Shown: one piece after another, positions 35,756-38,292 of the stretch | Numbering within the stretch: the first letter of the stretch is position 1 | Layout of the letters: every line of letters starts with the position of its first letter | NCBI GenBank assembly: GCA_046757025.1 | Contig: JBHHXN010000030.1 | Coordinates: forward strand, 1-38,292 | From: a bacterium | GTDB taxonomy: Bacteria > Zhuqueibacterota > Zhuqueibacteria > Oceanimicrobiales > Oceanimicrobiaceae | Length of the DNA stretch: 38,292 nt | Direction: 5' to 3' | The notes under the pieces: model-generated | Seen by the model: only the letters and a program-made list of their open reading frames with translations | Told to the model about the DNA's origin: nothing | Databases searched by the model: none | Program-made: the position numbers and the translations under genes

Positions 35756-36712
35756 TTAAGCGTTTTGAACGGCCTTTTTATTTTCAACGCAGACTTCTTG
35801 CATTAACGATGGCTTTTTAATGACTTCTGGCTGTCGAGAGACCTTTACCATGAGCAGGCCGGAAATAATGATGATGGTGGCGGTGGCCACACTCCAATCG
35901 AGTTTTTCATCGAGAATAAGCCAGCCTAAAATCACCGCTATCAACGGATTGATGTAGGCATACATGGAAACGATGGAAGCGGGCAGTTTGTCCAGTGCAT
36001 AAATGTAGGAGCTGTAGCCAATGAGGGAGCCAAATACAACCAAATAAGCTAAGGCGGCAAGGCCTTTAAAGGTGTAGGAATATTCAGCCAATTCCCCATT
36101 CATGGTTCCGAGTAGGGTGAGCAGGACGCCGGCGATGACCATTTGCAGGGCCGCCGCCATCAAGGGTTTGGTTTTCATGGTTCGATATTTGGAATAAATG
36201 GAGCCAGCCCCCCAGGACAACGGCGCGATGAGAATCACAGCCATGCCTGTTAGATAGCCCGGTTCGGTGGAGCCGCGCAGGTCCGGATATACCAGAAGTA
36301 CCAACCCTGCAAAACCGGTCACAATTCCCAGGACTTTTTTGAAATTCAATTTGTCGCCGCGGGGTAGAGTTGCTTCGATGCCCACCATCCAGAACGGCAG
36401 GGTGGCGACGATGAGCGCAGCTAGGCCGCTCGGTACCCATTGCTCGGCCCACACCACAATGCCGTTGGCTATGGTTAAGAGGGCGATGCCTACTATTGTG
36501 ATATCTAAAAGTTCTCGACCTACAGGCAGTTTGTAACCGCGTATCAGTAAAAAAACCAGAAATAAAACACCCGCTATCAAGAAGCGTATGCCAGCAAAAA
36601 TGGCTGCGGGAAATACTTCCACGCCGATGCGGATGGCCAGATAGGTTGTGCCCCAAAAAATACAAACCGCTCCCCAGGCAAGATACGCCTTTATCAATTC
36701 TTTTTTTGACAT
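35756..36712 (-). CDS. EamA/DMT family transporter (YedA-like)
   Basis: CIFWGTTYLAIRI, VPSGLAAL, YLVVFGSLIGY, YAYINPLIAVILG; 10 TM helices. Confidence 0.93.
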   Translation of the reverse strand: MSKKELIKAYLAWGAVCIFWGTTYLAIRIGVEVFPAAIFAGIRFLIAGVLFLVFLLIRGYKLPVGRELLDITIVGIALLTIANGIVVWAEQWVPSGLAALIVATLPFWMVGIEATLPRGDKLNFKKVLGIVTGFAGLVLLVYPDLRGSTEPGYLTGMAVILIAPLSWGAGSIYSKYRTMKTKPLMAAALQMVIAGVLLTLLGTMNGELAEYSYTFKGLAALAYLVVFGSLIGYSSYIYALDKLPASIVSMYAYINPLIAVILGWLILDEKLDWSVATATIIIISGLLMVKVSRQPEVIKKPSLMQEVCVENKKAVQNA

Positions 36713-36781
36713 AAAACGACCTCGATTGTTTTCCGAATATACCACCAAAGCCGCAGCCCATCCACCCGAAACTTGCTTTAT

Positions 36782-37240
36782 TTACAGATTCAGGACCGTG
36801 CCGCCAATTTTTTCGAAATAGCTTTCCAGAACGATGGTGGTTTTTGTGGACAATGAAAGCGGGGGCGCTTTCAGGCTGTTGACGATTTTGTTCAGCGATT
36901 TCATATCACAGGTTCTGACTTTGATCAAAAAACAATCTTCACCCGCTATGCTGTGGATTTCGAGAATGTCTGGATTTTCGACTAATTTTTTTAAGGCGTA
37001 TTGAATCTTTTCGTCCAAAATCCCCAGGTGCTTTGCGGAAATAAATGCGGTGATGGTTTTATTGAATTGTTCCGGATTGAGTATGGCGCTGTAACCTTTG
37101 ATGATGCCAAACTGTTCCATTTTTTTTACTCGCTCCGTGACTGCCGGCCGCGAAAGTCCAACCATTTCGGCAATTTGGGCATGTGGTGTGCGAGCATCTC
37201 TAGTTAAGATTTCTAAAATCTTAGTGTCCGTATTTTCCAT
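36782..37240 (-). CDS. Lrp/AsnC family transcriptional regulator
   Basis: DTKILEIL..DAR...IAEMVGLSRPAVTERVKKME..GIIKGY HTH; IAGEDCFLIKV ligand-binding domain; directly upstream of EamA. Confidence 0.93.
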   Translation of the reverse strand: MENTDTKILEILTRDARTPHAQIAEMVGLSRPAVTERVKKMEQFGIIKGYSAILNPEQFNKTITAFISAKHLGILDEKIQYALKKLVENPDILEIHSIAGEDCFLIKVRTCDMKSLNKIVNSLKAPPLSLSTKTTIVLESYFEKIGGTVLNL

Positions 37241-37399
37241 AAAAAACCTGCGAATAGTAATTATAATAGCGAAATAACTTACCATACGCTGTAAATAGAT
37301 TAATGTTCCAATCTAATAGAATATCATGCCTTGATTAATTTGTCGTTTCAAATGTACACGATTTTGCCGAAACAAAAATAAATTGTCATAAAAAAATGC

Positions 37400-37429
37400 T
37401 TGCATTCGCACTTTTGAGAAGGTATATTC
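37400..37429 (+). promoter_or_regulatory. Putative sigma70 promoter of the Cys-rich ORF/TolC unit (coordinates +/-1)
   Basis: TTGCAT-17 bp-TATATT. Confidence 0.45.
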
Positions 37430-37498
37430 ATATAATTGGAACTATGAGAAATATTTTACGTTACACTACTGTTTGAAAAATGAATTATAATTGAATAT

Positions 37499-37912
37499 AT
37501 GAAAAAGAGAAATAAATTAATTTCAACATTCTTGCTCGTTCCGATAATTTTGTTGAATGCCCCCCTGGGAATGGCTGCATCGTGCAGCATGAACGCGGTG
37601 GCGCAGAAGCCGATGTCCTGTTGCACCGTCGAGGCTCCGTCAGAATGGCTGCCTCAATATCACCTGCAAAAAACCGACTGTGGTTGCCAGATAAAACAAT
37701 CTTCTGTTCCTGCCATTCCTATTGTGAATTCACTTGAAGTCCAATATAAAAATATAAAAGTCTCTGAAAAGCAGTTCGTTTCCACATCCATAAAAATCCA
37801 ATCAAATTTTACTAATTTAACTCCATCTCATTTTAATTTTGAGTTTTTCTATCATCCCAAATTTCCAGCGGAACTCAAAATCTACGACCTAGTCGCTTCC
37901 TATCTGATTTAA
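37499..37912 (+). CDS. Cys-rich exported hypothetical protein, HYC_CC_PP/DUF2946-like
   Basis: Signal-like N-terminus, SCCT and DCGC motifs, C-terminal HPKFP..KIYDLVASYLI; precedes a TolC-family gene. Confidence 0.6.
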   Translation: MKKRNKLISTFLLVPIILLNAPLGMAASCSMNAVAQKPMSCCTVEAPSEWLPQYHLQKTDCGCQIKQSSVPAIPIVNSLEVQYKNIKVSEKQFVSTSIKIQSNFTNLTPSHFNFEFFYHPKFPAELKIYDLVASYLI

Positions 37913-38110
37913 TATTCACCTCAATGGATTTCTGAATCCAGTTTTTCTTGCCGTACGTTTTTTGACATAGTTCTTATAAACTAAACGCAAGAAAATGATA
38001 CTCTATTTATACATTAGTTACGGTTTTAATTTTAGATAAACACGGCATTATTTATATAAATGTCATTAATATATAAAATGCCGACTCAGGAATAATTTGT
38101 CAGGTGGAAA

Positions 38111-38292
38111 ATGAATACAAAATACTTTCAAATTGCTATTTGTAGTTTGTTCGTTTTTATGGGGCTGAGTATTTTACGAACTCAAGAGAACGGACGAAAA
38201 ATCTCTGTGGATGCTTTGGTCAAAGAAGCATTGGATCGGAATCCACAAATAAAATCAGCGGAGCGGCGTTGGCAGGCGGCGTTGCACAAACC
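38111..38292 (+). CDS. TolC/outer-membrane efflux protein, N-terminal fragment (runs off the window)
   Basis: MNTKYFQIAICSLFVFMGLSILRTQENGRKISVDALVKEALDRNPQIKSAERRWQAA: signal peptide plus the L..AL..NP.I..A motif. Confidence 0.75.
   Translation, partial: MNTKYFQIAICSLFVFMGLSILRTQENGRKISVDALVKEALDRNPQIKSAERRWQAALHK

Noticed and set aside
36084..36761. 225-aa alternative-frame ORF inside EamA, and similar shadow ORFs such as 13371-13940 and 22324-22824
   Set aside because: They overlap well-supported genes and carry no recognisable motifs.

Overview
Bacterial chromosomal window (standard genetic code) of housekeeping, metabolic and envelope genes, with no CRISPR array, prophage, rRNA/tRNA or intact transposase visible. 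A QNFPNPFNP/FlgD-type C-terminal sorting domain and outer-membrane barrels point to a diderm FCB-group organism such as KSB1/Calditrichota (inference). Gene order: rlmH, ispH, a frameshifted GxxExxY nuclease framed by inverted repeats, an FAD/Fe-S oxidoreductase, a secreted BNR/VPS10 protein, a hypothetical-TPM-nucleotidyltransferase-lemA cluster, a DASS transporter, gdhA, a dual-receiver/dikinase-like protein, several small genes, an SSS transporter, an NnrS-like protein, iolG, an S9 peptidase, a molybdopterin oxidoreductase, a barrel-TPR fusion, half a glycosyltransferase, EamA, Lrp/AsnC and a Cys-rich leader-like ORF before a TolC-family gene. Most interesting: (1) the gdhA-linked receiver/dikinase lacking a pyruvate-binding domain; (2) the TPM/NTase/LemA module; (3) the IR-framed GxxExxY cassette plus a set of modular, partly nested MITE/REP-like repeats in many intergenic gaps; (4) a possible metal-sensing leader ORF; (5) a possible dual-start S9 peptidase. 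All family calls come from motif recognition by eye, not database searches.
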